Of a DNA stretch of 64,000 nucleotides, positions 50,324 to 62,900 are shown piece by piece. Each line of letters starts with the position of its first letter. Position 1 is the first letter of the stretch. The stretch is from Hydrolagus affinis. Taxonomy: Eukaryota. Under the pieces are notes generated by a model that saw nothing but the letters and a program-made list of their open reading frames with translations, was not told the origin of the DNA and ran no database searches. Position numbers and translations under genes: made by a program. The stretch spans positions 1 to 64,000 of the forward strand of contig JAAILG010000047.1 of NCBI GenBank assembly GCA_012026655.1, written 5' to 3'.

Positions 50324-52919
50324 TTTTCTTCCAATTTATCTGTAAAGAAATAAATTGGAAACAAATTAAAAGCCTTGCAAGTCAAGGACTGTACAATCAT
50401 TTGTAGATTATTTCTATTTGGAAAGGTATTCAGTCACTATAATTAGCTAAAATTGTAAAGGTGAAAATACTATGGTAAACCTTATTATTTAGCAGCCGGC
50501 TTTTGCTCCTGCAATAGTAAGAATGGGGATGCAAGCCTAGGCGGTCGAGATAGATTGTTGGAATGGAATGCGCACTCTCTCCCTGGAGGGATTCATCCTG
50601 TTAACCAAATTCCGAAAAGCATTAAGCGAACATTGGCAGGAGCCAAGGCTTGGGGACTCCAGAGTGAGTGTTGGGAGTATTGTTGGAGTAAAATCAGCTG
50701 AAATTGCAGAGCTTGCTATTGATAGCTTGTCCAGCAAGGACCACCCCCTACCTGTTAGGGTTTTGGCTTGCGGGCTTAAGAGGAGCTGTGTGGGAGGATT
50801 CCCTGCCCCCCCAAGTCCTTTTACAAAGTGGGTCAGTAGACCAAGAGAATTTGTTACGATTGCATTTAAAGCTGCAATTGAGACCCAACTAGAAGTATAT
50901 TAAATCCAGAGTCAAACAATAAGATATCCACAGTTCGGAATCACATAAATGAATAAGCAGAAACTTTTAAAATCATAGGTTTAATTTTTCCATGCAAAAT
51001 TCAACTTGGAATTCTACTAACACTTATTCCCATTGACAATCACAAATTACGCAAATACATTTTTGGTACAGGCCTTAGGAAAGGGAACAGTACACTTTGT
51101 CCTCATTTTGGTTTGAACACGCAGCTTCATAAAGTTACAATAAATACTGCAACTCGTCCTCGAGTGTTCCATTCCCCAATTACAGCTCAGTAAGCCAGCA
51201 GTGAGTTGGGTTGCTCTGCTGGTCCCACCACAATAAGTGCTCATAAAATTGCTACTACCAACATTCTCAGATCAAGTACAAACTACAAAACTAGTTTCAG
51301 AAAACCTCACACAGACTTGAAGGAAAGTCTGTGGCGAAAGCAGGGTTTGCAATTCTTAAAACAAACATCTAAAAGCTCATTGCAATTACAGTTATATTAA
51401 AAAAAAACTCTTTAATTTGCTAAAACCAAGGCTCATGGTTTCAATCTAAACTACAGCGATAATCTTTTGAATATCCTCCTAGGGGGTTGGGCGGTGGGGG
51501 CAATTGGAGGTCCCCTTAGAGATAAATTGGCTTGAAGGAGACAGTTCCCGAGCCAGGAAGGTCTGCAGTACTCCAGAAGGCTGCTGATGACAGTCTGCCT
51601 CATCAGCAGGACTTGAAAGGGCAGAGCAGTCACTGGGGATTCTTCCCACTCAGCTGCCGTTAACTCTACAAGCCAAAACCTTAATGTGTAGTGTGATCCT
51701 AGTTGGACAAACAGAGGAAAGCTTGCCAGGTAGTACTCTCAATGGCATGCTGTGCAGTTTTAGCTGGTTCGTTTCCAGCAGTACCCCAAAGGTCCTATGT
51801 CCCTAAACCTTTGCTCTTGACAACCTAATACTTTCTGGAATTGGGTAAGCAGGATGTGTCCCTCCAGGGGGAAGAGTACGCACTGCATTTCAATAAACAT
51901 CTCTGGAATTTCTAGGTGGGTTGCACGGAACTCACAGTTGGTTCGGATACTTTATAAGAATAATCATGTGTCAGACACTCACTGACACCCCCCAAAAATA
52001 ATATATATTTTGCATTGATTGTTAAGACAAAAAGTGAAGGGTAAACTCAAGTGGTGCTACAATGCCAGTGCATCAATACCATTGGATCTCCGTTGAGGTT
52101 CCACTCACAGTGGCTCACAAATGAGGCACTTAAACCATTTTAAACAGTTGTTGTCTCAGCTGCAGGAAAGCACACACGCATCTGCTGTCTACGTGCTTGG
52201 GAGCATCAAGCAGTATTTCACAAAATGAAGTGAAACTAGGACTCTTTGTCAAAAATAGTTCTAAGATTTCGTAGTTTTCTTGAAATTACTTCTGCTTGGT
52301 GTTAACGTTTTTCGGGATTTTAGTATCAACCCATATGAGACTTATTTATCTGACTGTCCATAGGTTTTGGGTCTACAACACATCATAGAATCCACCCTTT
52401 CACTTTTCTACCTTGGAAGAGTTACCCTGCCAAAGACTGTCTGACATGCTTTCCCATTGCTTGTCCAGCTAGCAGTGCCCAAATAGCTTCGGTTTGCAAG
52501 GTTAACAGGAGCAGAAATCTCTGCCCCCAATGACTGGTCTGCTCTTCCAAGTACTGCTGATGGGCAGGGATAGCTATGCTGTCATCAGTGGCGCTCTGAA
52601 GTACTGGTTCAGGAACTGGATTACTGAGACCACCACAGAGGGTTGGCTCAATTCAACTAAACAAAGATGAACAATTATGATAAAATATTTTGCCCACTGG
52701 ATACCTTTCTCATCTGATTCACATAAACACAGACACTCACACAATCTTTCTACTGAATCGATTTCCTGCAAAAAACATGCATTTTCTAATTAGTTGGTTC
52801 AATTAGTTCATCAACACTGAAATAAGCGTTGAAGTAAATACTATACGTTGAAATTCTACTATTTTGTATCTTAAGATCTGATAGTGGTTGACCTAAGTTT
52901 TTTGTCACTTTGCATTATT

Positions 52920-53248
52920 GGAGCTCCTGTAGCTCAGTGGTTAGAGCACTCGCCTTACAAGCGTGAGACCGATGTTTGAATACAGGCAGATCAGGGTGAA
53001 TCCGTGGGCAAGTTTCCTTTCTCCACATGCCTAATAATAATCTGTCCAAAAATATACACAATAAGAAAAATTGGTCATTTCAATCCACGACTGTTTGTGG
53101 GATACAGCTGTGTGCAATTGACTGCCGCATTTCATCCACAAATATACAGTCAATTCACTTTATAGTACAGTACATTCTGTGAAGCTCTTTGAGACGTTAA
53201 TAAGATGTGAAAAGCATTATAACAAATGCAAGGATTATTATTATTATT
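52920..53248 (+). mobile_element. Full-length tRNA(Val-like)-headed SINE
   Basis: GGAGCTCCTGTAGCTCAGTGGTTAGAGCACTCGCCTTACAAGCGTGAGACC, with the same body and (TTA)n tail as the 42257 copy. Confidence 0.85.
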
Positions 53249-53424
53249 CTTCACTGAATAACTGGAGTCATGTAACTCGTGGTTAGGGCACTCGCCTCTC
53301 AAGTAAGAGACCTTATTTTCATAATCAATTTACACCATTAGCAGTGTAAATTTGGCTTGAAGATCCAAGTATAGAACAACTAACTTGCACTCCAAATCAG
53401 CTGTTCCACCCACCGGGATCTATT

Positions 53425-53965
53425 CAAACAGGTGGCTTGAGATGGGTCTTGAAGAAGGCACGAAAGAGGCAAGGAACTGCTGGATGGTTTCAGAAGGTGG
53501 GGACAGAGTAGCAGGCTGGAGCCCGCTGAGCAAAGTGAACGGACACATAGCTAGGGGATTCGGATGTTGCGGAGGTAGAAGGGAGCACGGCCATGGAGGG
53601 CTTAAACTGTATCCTCTGTGTGATGGGAACCCAGTGGAGTTGGGTGAGGATGGCCATGATGGGGTCACGAAGCCTAGTGCAGGAGAGGTCACAGGCAGCA
53701 GAGTTCTGGGTGATCTGCAGCCTGTGGAGTGAGGAGTTGGGGAGGCTGACAATGAGTTGGGGAGGCTGACAAGTAGGGAATTTATCTAGTCAAGCCTGAA
53801 TATTATCAATGCGCTAATAAGGGTTTCAGCGGCCTGCAGTGTGAGACAGGGTGGAGCCAGACAATGTTGCGGAGGAAGAAGGCAGAGCGGATCATGGCAC
53901 GGATATAGGGTAGAAAGAACAGTTGAGGGTCAAGCAAGATGTCGAAGGTTCCAGACTGGATGGTG
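53425..53965 (-). mobile_element. Degraded L2 LINE ORF2 fragment
   Basis: Minus-strand peptides DPQLFFLPYIRAMIRSAFFLRNI and an SRLD-like segment, typical of the L2 region after the RT domain, with frameshifts. Confidence 0.65.
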
Positions 53966-55987
53966 ATGCTGTCAGTGCCTGAAGTGTGGAGGTGCCTCCA
54001 GCTAGTATAGCTGATGACCTTCCATATGCATGCTGTGGTTTGCAAAAAAGAAATGTAGTTTGACTTGGGAAACCCAAATAATGTTATTTCTGCATTGCCT
54101 TTGCTCAAATGAAACAATTATTACACATATGCCTGCATTATTGAAATGAACTAAATATATTAAAAATACAAATACTCAAATTAATCAGTCTTCTTTGTAG
54201 AAAATAAGTTTGAAACATACCCCGGGTATTTATTATTAAAGCAAACCTTCAAGAATGTCTTCTGCTTCAATCATTTCTATATATACCTATAGTAACACAA
54301 CCACAACTGACTTTGCAGGATGTTTTTCCTAAGATTCGTTTCCAACTTGGCAATCAGTAGCTTCAGATATAATATACATAATATGAATGAATGCGCAATA
54401 ATTGTGTTTTACAAGTGCAAGGATTATTATTACTACAACTGCTCAGTTTGGGGATACCTTCGAGCGACACTATTGGCCCTCAGTGCAGTGGCAGCTGTAA
54501 ATACACTTTCTCCATTGATTCAATCAACGAGGGAGCTCACAAAGAATGAGCATGCACTCTAACACCTCATCATGTTAAACTGTTTCAAAGCAGGATCATT
54601 GCTGAATGATGAACTAATAATTTTCAATTCACTGCCAGAAATATTTATTGCAATGATAACCTGGCTATGGTGGTTTAGTGTCGATAGAGTACAAGGAAGA
54701 CTGTCATGTAGCTCTACAATACACTCAATTAACAGTTGTAAAGGAGTGCCTGTGAGGATGCTAAGTGCAGATTTCTGCTTCGTTACCAGAAAAAAACCAA
54801 CTATGTTAGTGCCAATTCTAACACTTTATGAAATCTGAGCGATTACTTGAGGAAAACTTCTCCAAAAATACATTTTCAGCATTCCAGTTACCATGTGAGT
54901 ATGTAAAGGAATGTTACACATTAACTGCTCAGATGTGTAGCTGCAAAGGAGAATCTTTTGACACTGTTATTTTTATACTTAAATCCCACTCCTTTCTGAA
55001 ATTAATGCCTAAAACTAGTGGATTAAAAAAAATATAAAATGTATTACTATCTTTAAATACAGCTTATCTGTCATTTCAGGAGACACCAATGTCATATACA
55101 CAATAGTCTGGAACCAAAATACATTTTAACAATGGGATGCACCTTTATTTGAAGGTACTGATAATAACCTTAATTATCATGCCCGATAATAATCCCTCAA
55201 GAAAAAACCCAATAATAATTTGGTCAACCAATCCACGACTGTTTGTGGGACACTGCTGTGCGCAATTGGCTGCCGCGTTTCACCCACAAATATACAGTCA
55301 ATATCATTTTACAGTACACTATATCGTGTGAAATGCTTTGAGACATCTAGATTACATGAAAAGCGCTAAACCAAATGCAAGGATTACTATTATTATTTTA
55401 CTGAATAAACGCTCCGCGATGCCTTTCGGCTTGATGGGCGCTATATAAACGCAAATTGTTGTGCATATTGTAGTGACATTTAAACTCAGCTTTGATGGTT
55501 TATTTGGAGATAACCTCCACAAAGCTACTCTGTGTGAAGGGCAAGTTATGGTTGTTGATGTAGGACCTAAGCGCTTTGCATAATCGCTAATAATAATAAT
55601 ACAGTACACAGTACTTGCATTCAATATAGCGCCTTATCGTGTCGTCGAGACGCCTCAAAGCACTTGAAGGAATCTCCTGTAAAGTGGATTGACTGACTGT
55701 GTTTTCACTAACGATCACTTTCCACCAAATTATTACTTTACACTAATTTGCACTTCACACTAATTGTTGGGGAAAAACAAACGAGTACATTCGGAAAGTA
55801 TAATAACAGATCAATCTGAGAGCAAAGTGAGTGCTATCACAGCTGGTAATATATTATCATTACTGTACTGCCCTACCATAGCTCCTGAAACTTCACGCAC
55901 TGCAGGGAGAGAGAACTTTTTTTAAACAAAAAAACCACCAAAGTCACAACAAGCAGATCCGATTCCAGTGACCAAACATTCACTTAC

Positions 55988-56300
55988 GTTCTCCCGACTT
56001 TTTTTTGGTTTAATTCCCCCCCTCGGGTTTTGCTGAACAGGTTTTGAAGTTGTCGGTGACCGACTCCCATCCAACGCTGCACTGTAGCCCACCTCGCTCT
56101 TGTTCTCTGCTGTGTGAGGCTGGGTTCCCCCCCGCCACCCCCACCACTGTAGCTCACGCACCGCCTTCCCCTGAGAAGTTGGCCAGATTTCCTTCGCCCT
56201 GACTTCGCCCACATGCAATGGATACACACTTCATTCACTCAACAAAAGTTACTGCACAGAAGCCAGAGGAGGAGAGAGCAGTTCTCTCCAATCAGCACAT
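55988..56300 (-). promoter_or_regulatory. LPAR3: Probable non-coding first exon and promoter of LPAR3
   Basis: Locally GC/CpG-rich segment ending in a consensus donor (AAC|GTAAGT, exon end 55988). The acceptor at 50339 lies 16 nt before the LPAR3 ATG; CCAAT at ~56288. Confidence 0.5.
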
Positions 56301-56579
56301 TTGGGGTGGAACTTGGTCATTTCATTGCTTGCTCGGGTTCCCTCACCAGTGAAGGTTGGACTTCCAGGTGTGTGTGTGTGTGTGTTTGCACACCTCTCCA
56401 GTATTGTGTGTGTGTGTAAAAAAACAAGCAGGTGTGACTAACACACAGAAATAGTTTACAGGCATAATTTTATTTGGGAACTTGTGGATATGTTGGAAGA
56501 GCCCAACCCATGTTCACTTCAACATTGGGATTTGTTTCAACAGCAACAACAACTTGCATTTATACAGTGTAGGACTGAA

Positions 56580-56678
56580 AGAGAAAATCTCTGGGAACAC
56601 TCAGCGGGTCAGGCGCCATCTATGGAGAAAGGAAAAGTGAGTCAACGTTTCGGATCCACGACCCTTCGTCGGAACTGG
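56580..56678. mobile_element. Penelope-like element terminal fragment
   Basis: aaaatctctgggaacactcagcgggtcaggcgccatctatggaga...gtcaacgtttcggatccacgacccttcgtcggaactg resembles the Penelope-associated terminal motif I recall from cartilaginous fish. Confidence 0.5.
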
Positions 56679-56982
56679 GGGCATTTTGCGTTTAACGCCC
56701 CAGTTTAACGCCCCCCTCCGCGCCGGGTGGTGTCTCAGGAGCGTTTCACGGTTAACCAATCTCTCACGTGTTGAGACAAGTTCAGGCAATGATACAAACG
56801 CATGTTCATCTTAGATTAGAGTGGGCGCTAGCAACACAGGCTTGGATTGACATTTCGCAAGCTGACGTTCGCAAAGCTGCGGGTCGATGGCTTGAGGAAT
56901 GTAAACTTGCCAGTTTTGTGCTGTGACATGTTGCGTGACAATCAACTCGCACGCTGTTCCGTTTTCCGTGTCATCCTGTGTA

Positions 56983-57082
56983 NNNNNNNNNNNNNNNNNN
57001 NNNNNNNNNNNNNNNNNNNNNNNNNNNNNNNNNNNNNNNNNNNNNNNNNNNNNNNNNNNNNNNNNNNNNNNNNNNNNNNNNN
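56983..57082. other. Assembly gap (100 N)
   Basis: Run of exactly 100 N, a fixed-size placeholder of unknown true length. Confidence 1.
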
Positions 57083-57089
57083 AAACCCA

Positions 57090-57475
57090 GTCAACAGCAA
57101 CAGCAACATCAACAACTTTGATGTATATAGCGCCCTCCACAGCGGATGGCATCTCAAAGCGCTTCACAATAATGGATCCCGGGGGGCGAGCCAGGGGCAG
57201 GGGGAGAAAGGTGACCGAAGGCGCGGTCGAAGAGAAAGGTCTTTAGCTGAGACCTGAAACTGGGAAGAGAGGGAGAAAAGCGAAAAGAGTGAGGAAGGGA
57301 GTTCCAGAGCCTCAGGGCATAGTGGCTAAAGGCACAGCCGCCGATAGTGGAGCGGAGGATTCTGGGGACAAGGAGGAGGCCAGACCCAGTGGAGCAAAGG
57401 CAACAGGTGCTGGTTTGAGGAGAGAAGAGGGTCGGAGAGGTAGGGGGTTGCAGAGGAGTGGAGGGATTTGGAAAC
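57090..57475 (-). mobile_element. L2-type LINE 3' fragment
   Basis: tatatagcgccctccacagcggatggcatctcaaagcgcttcac tail plus the antisense ORF2 end (gaaggtctttagctgagacctgaa...gagttccagagcctcagggc). Confidence 0.75.
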
Positions 57476-58294
57476 AGTTTGCACGTTACAAATCAAACAT
57501 GCAAACCGCGGAGGATTTGCTCACAAAATGCACAGCCAAACCACTTTACAGAACAGTACATCCTTTGACGTGTTTTGCAGTGTCTCCACAACGTGATCCG
57601 ATGCTATCTCAATTGCAATGATGGTCAGCTCCTAACCACATGGTTAAAACTTCTGCAAAGGCATAATAACCACCAAATGACAGTTTACGTGCCTACCTAC
57701 CAATATAATCAATCCTGTCAAGTCTTATTTGTTAGATATTTATGTTACTTCCTATTTAAATGAGTGCCATTCTGAAGGCTAAACAGTGCCTCATTGTAAC
57801 TTGAGTTTGCTTTGCATCTAATATACTGTACCATTGTATTTGGGAACAGAAATACCACTCCAAACATTTACTTGCTCCTGTTTAGAATCCCCTTCCTGTT
57901 CCTGCTATAATTTGTTTTAGATAACGCATAGTGGACAATGGATAGATTCTATTCAATGATTCAAGTTCTTTCTCTCTCTCTCTTCCCTCCAACCCACTCC
58001 ATTCCCCTTTTACTGATCAATATATCTATGCAGAATCACTTTCCAGCATTAGGCCACTGGACAAGATCATGGTCGATTTCCTCCCAGAGCAACTAGTACC
58101 TCAAGCCCTCTGGAACGCTACCCTGTGTGAGGGTCGCTATATAGATGCAACTTGTTGTCCATTAGCTAAGGGAATAAATTGGGACACTCCTCATCTGTAT
58201 AGTTTGGTTTCATATTGGGCAGTTGGCTTTACCAATGGAGTCAATGGGGAGCTGGCAATTGTGTAGTGAAGGTTTGCCATTGGACCCGTCAAAA

Positions 58295-58625
58295 TACATA
58301 GGAACAGGAGAAGGCCATTCAGCCCTTCGGGTCTGTTCCTCCATTTAATTAGATCATGGCTGATCTGTATCTAAACTAATCCTTTCAATTCCCAAATCCC
58401 ACTTTCTCCATACATCCCTTAATACCCTGACCTATCAAAAGTTTATCAATCTCACTCTTGAAGTTGTGGATGGATCTAGTATCCACAACCTTTTGGGGGA
58501 GAGAATTCCAGATTTCTACCACCCTTTTGAGTGAAAAAATGCTTCTTGATTTCACTCTTAAATGGCCTGGTTCTAATTTTAAGACCAAGTCCCCTTGTTT
58601 TGGAACATCCGTACCTATACTTGGA
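58295..58625 (-). mobile_element. CR1 LINE 3' fragment
   Basis: Minus-strand ORF SIFSLKRVVEIWNSLPQKVVDTRSIHNFKSEIDKLLIGQGIKG, then the 3'UTR gatcagccatgatct...ggctgaatggccttctcctgttcctatg. Confidence 0.8.
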
Positions 58626-58719
58626 AAACTTCTCCAAGTAAAAAGGTCTACCTTAAAATATGTACGCAAGTAAAAGTTAAATCTAATCATATGATTATCT
58701 ACTGTCAGAGGAAGGCTTA

Positions 58720-58860
58720 TTAATAATAAATAATCCTTGCATTTAATATAGCGCTTTTAACGTCTTGTAGAGAGACATCTCAAAGTGCTTCACAGAATAT
58801 GTTGTAAAGTGAATTGACTGTATATTTGCAGGCGAAACACAGTAGCCAATTGCACACAAA
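58720..58860 (-). mobile_element. 5'-truncated SINE copy
   Basis: taataatccttgcatttaatatagcgcttt...tctcaaagtgcttcacagaatatgttgtaaagtgaattgactgtatatttg. Confidence 0.7.
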
Positions 58861-59939
58861 TGTTCAGAATGTCAAGTGCGTACATTTAATGGCAAGGATT
58901 CAAGTGGGTTAATGATCACCTGTTTTGAGAATGAGCAAAGTCCTAGGATTAGGACTTTGGATTTTCTTGGCCTGATTAAAGCTATTGTCCGATGAAGTAG
59001 GGACATAAAAATAATTGCCTTCAAATTACAGGAGCAATCTAGCAGAAAGACTAATGGGTCAAAAAATAAGTTTTGTTTTTGTTATTGAAATCTATCAGGC
59101 CTTCCTTTTTTTAAAAAAACAGGAACAGCAAATGCACTTATACAGCATATTTCACACCAGGAGGATGTCCTAAGGCACTTAAGGGAGAAAATCTGAAAGC
59201 ACTTCAGGCTATGTGATAAATAGGAGATGAGTGTGGATGATGAAGGCACAGTGAATGAGATTTTTTATGAAGTTCCGACAACAGGGAGGGTGAGGGTGGG
59301 AAACAGGAATTTTGAAATAAGGGAGAAATCAACCGACTTGGGAATGGGTTACAGTGGAATTTGAAGCTAAGTAGTGAAGATTCTAAAAAAGGCGATCCAC
59401 TGTAGTTAGGGAGGCCAGTGGAGCCAGGTGGATTGGAATTGTGTATTTTGTTTGCATAGCTCTTAGTTTTCCTTTGATAAAATGTTACAAAAGATTTAAA
59501 AAAAAGTCAAGCGATATATAATCTGTAATTCACGAGCAAAATTAACACTCAGTTAGTTTTACAGAAAAATATTTATTTTATAAAAATATTTTTTAAAAAC
59601 ACAGGCAAGGTAAAAAGATATGCCACCAACTAGCTGATTAACAGTTTACAATAACAACTGCATCTGTTTTTTCATGTAGAAATTGTCCATACAATTCTCT
59701 GGTGCCCAGTAATGTGTTTAATCGGTAAAGCTCACTAATGAGTTTCTGCCTTTCCGGCTGAACAACACTAATTACCAATCAATCAACACAATCACAAGGA
59801 GCTTCTGCCCAAGTCACCACTTGTTTTAATTTGCTCAGTAAATTGGATAGTTATTTTGGCAGCAAAAACACTCCTGTGATTTCTTCGAAATATGATGACA
59901 TTATAAGGTCCACTGTGCTTCCTTTATTTGAGTACATGT

Positions 59940-62900
59940 TTAAATTAGCAGTCTGTCATCATCACTCCATTGTCTGAAAAATAAAATTATATCCATCAAG
60001 AACAGTGCAGTGAAAGAAAAAAAAATCTTGTAGAAAACTATTTACTACACAGGTGATTATTGTGAACATGTTAACTTTATAGCATTCTTGTACCTTATGA
60101 ATTAATCAATAATTAAAGTACTGGTAATATTTTAGATTAGGTGTTTTGTTTTGAAGACTCAAGAGATTTAATTCTGAATCAGTTAAAACCATTTTTATTC
60201 TAGAAAATGTCATTGGCTTTGCAATTAATATTATCCCCAAACACTATTTTTAGTGTCAAATTTATTGAAGTGATTCCACAAGGGATCCCACTCCACAAAG
60301 AGGCCTAAACAGTGCAACCCCTCTGCATAGGTATTGATAAATTCACACCCCTCATTATAGCTGGAATGATAAAAGTACTGAAGCAGATAAAAATATCAAC
60401 CTAAGAAAAAAAGAGTCAAACTCAGACCTTCTCAATGCATGTTCATAAAATGAATGTACTGAATGGAAGTGTCTGTCCCTGCGTAGCAAGAGTTGCCAAT
60501 GAATCAACCAGACTGCCTCCAAGATATTGTTATAAACACCAAATTTCTAAACCTGTAACTTCTCAGTGAAGTTACGTGCAGGTATCCTGGTTCTCAAATG
60601 AGTCATATCCCTGCATTATATACTAGGATTTTCATGATCAATTTGCCCCATTAGCAGTGTAAATTTGGCTTGAAAATCCAAGCAGAGCACAAATTGCACT
60701 CCTATTCAGCTGTTCCACACTTCAAACAGGTGGCTTGGCATTGTGAAAGAGAGGCATCCAGTATTGCAATGGAGCTTTACATGATCTCCCAGAAAGCAAC
60801 ACATGGGGCTGAACATAAGGCTGCACAATGTAGTTGTTCTATTATATGGCACAAGTCCAAATCCCTTGGGCCAGTTGACTTTTGCTGGTAAATAGAATTA
60901 ATTAGCCAGTAATTGGGTCAAACAAAGCGTGTGACTTTCTCTAAATCTTGGAATAGTCCTATTTCAGTACAAGCTCAAGCTTAGTTTAAAGAGAAACAAA
61001 GTGTTGATAAATTTGTCGTAACCTAACTCACATCTACTGATCCATGCTACATTTCCTTGTTTTATTTTGGGGATTTGATTGAAAGAGAAGTCTGATCTGT
61101 TGTAGTTTTTGTCAGTGTGAAAAAGTTGCCTCTTACTAGGCAACCTTTAGACCCCTACCAGGATGTAATTGAGCTCATAATTTGGGTTGATCATATAATT
61201 CAGTACTGAAAACAACATTGCTGAATGGAGGACCTGAAGTTGAGTCATTCTGAATCCAAGAAAGCAATTCATCAGTTTAATATGACTAGCTGAATCATTT
61301 TAAGAATTGGAACTGCTGATGTTATTTGGACCAGATTTTAGTACTTGACATGTATATTTGTCACCAAACTGTAAATAAACTTGGATTTGTATTCTGTAAT
61401 ATTGCCTGATTGTCTGCCTCATTTGTCGGTAGTTAAAAAGCAGTGAACAACGTCTAAGGCAAGGATAAATGTGGATATCTTCGGCCTGTCAAAGCAAATT
61501 AATGAAATGGGAAGTTTGGCTTCAGAGCATTCACCTTTGATTCAAGTGCAAGCAATAATATTCTTTACCGATATAAAATAAAAACTTATGAAGAACTTTT
61601 CATTCATGTGCTCTAAAATGATACAGCTACGGAGATTTTGAGATTCAATGTTATTAAGAGGAATACTCATCCCTGATTTTGTCACTTTGCACACATAATA
61701 TTCATAACAAATCTGGAATTGGATTTTGGTCATTTCAAAATTAAGTGCAGAATTATAATAGTACTTGACTACACTACAAAGCTCTCCTCTCTGTTGATTT
61801 CCTCTTCTGCTTGATTGCCCTTTCCTGTAGTAGATTTTACCTTTCATAAAGAGAAAAATAAATTGCCTGAGTACAGCTCAAATAGCTAAACACCATCATC
61901 AAGTAACATTGTATTTCCTTAACTTCTGTCAATCATAATAACCACACAGAGTTTGACCTGTAGCTAGACTGGAATTAAATATACCACTCAATCAGTACAA
62001 ACTACTTCAATACTGAATTAACAAAAAGCACTCTGTCTCTCTCTAGCTCCAAATTATATTTTAAAACCAGGTTGGCGGAGAGTAGTAGTTTCAAGGACAA
62101 ACATCTCAACCTATTTCATAGTATGTTCATTTGAATTAAGCCCATTTCATTCATTCCCTACCATCTTTCCCTCTGATTTTCTCCCTTTTCCCCTGTGTAC
62201 CTGAGTATCAATGTTAGATAATGTCCTTGTCTTCACTTCCACAAGAAGCATTCAATAGTGCTTCTTGTGGACGTCCTCCCGACGTGAAAGGCGCTCTATA
62301 AATGTAATTTGTTGTTGTTGTTGTAGTGATTAGGGGCAGAAATAATAAGTTTATTTGCCACTTTCATTGCCTGCAAATGTTAATTCAATCACAATAGATG
62401 GGTTGTATTAATGGAACGGGTTTCCTCTGAAACTTGGAATAGTACTATCCGTGTGCAAGGATGTCCACATTGTGCATGTGCCTGTACAATGGAACTCCAA
62501 GTTTTAAAGAAAGCCTCTAATACTCAGAAATGTCAGGCTGTAGAACCATTTTTTACACTACAAATTGGCAACCAAACCATATGATTTGTATAAGCTACAG
62601 CTCTAATACAACAGGACATAACAATAACACAATATGGATTGTATTCAGAAACATTGTGCCAACATCACTTCAATAATAGGCCACAGGCTTGGGCGGAAAC
62701 TGGTGGAACTAAAGCATCTAGGGCTGATTTGGATTCAGCAGCTACACATTAAGATCAAGCTGTACAGATTTAAACAGCATAATAAAAATTGATTCAGCTA
62801 TAGTGTTAGAGACAAAGAAAAGTACATTAATGGAGATAGCAACAGAGCAAAGAAACAGATAATGATGGAGGCAATGAACGAAAACAGAATATTAAAATAT

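Noticed and set aside
50537-50903. 111-aa plus-strand ORF and overlapping ORFs in LPAR3 intron 1
   Set aside because: No recognisable homology or splice context; probably a degenerate GC-richer repeat.
56811-57257. ORFs of more than 100 aa spanning 56811-57257
   Set aside because: Artefacts of reading through the 100-N gap and an L2 fragment.
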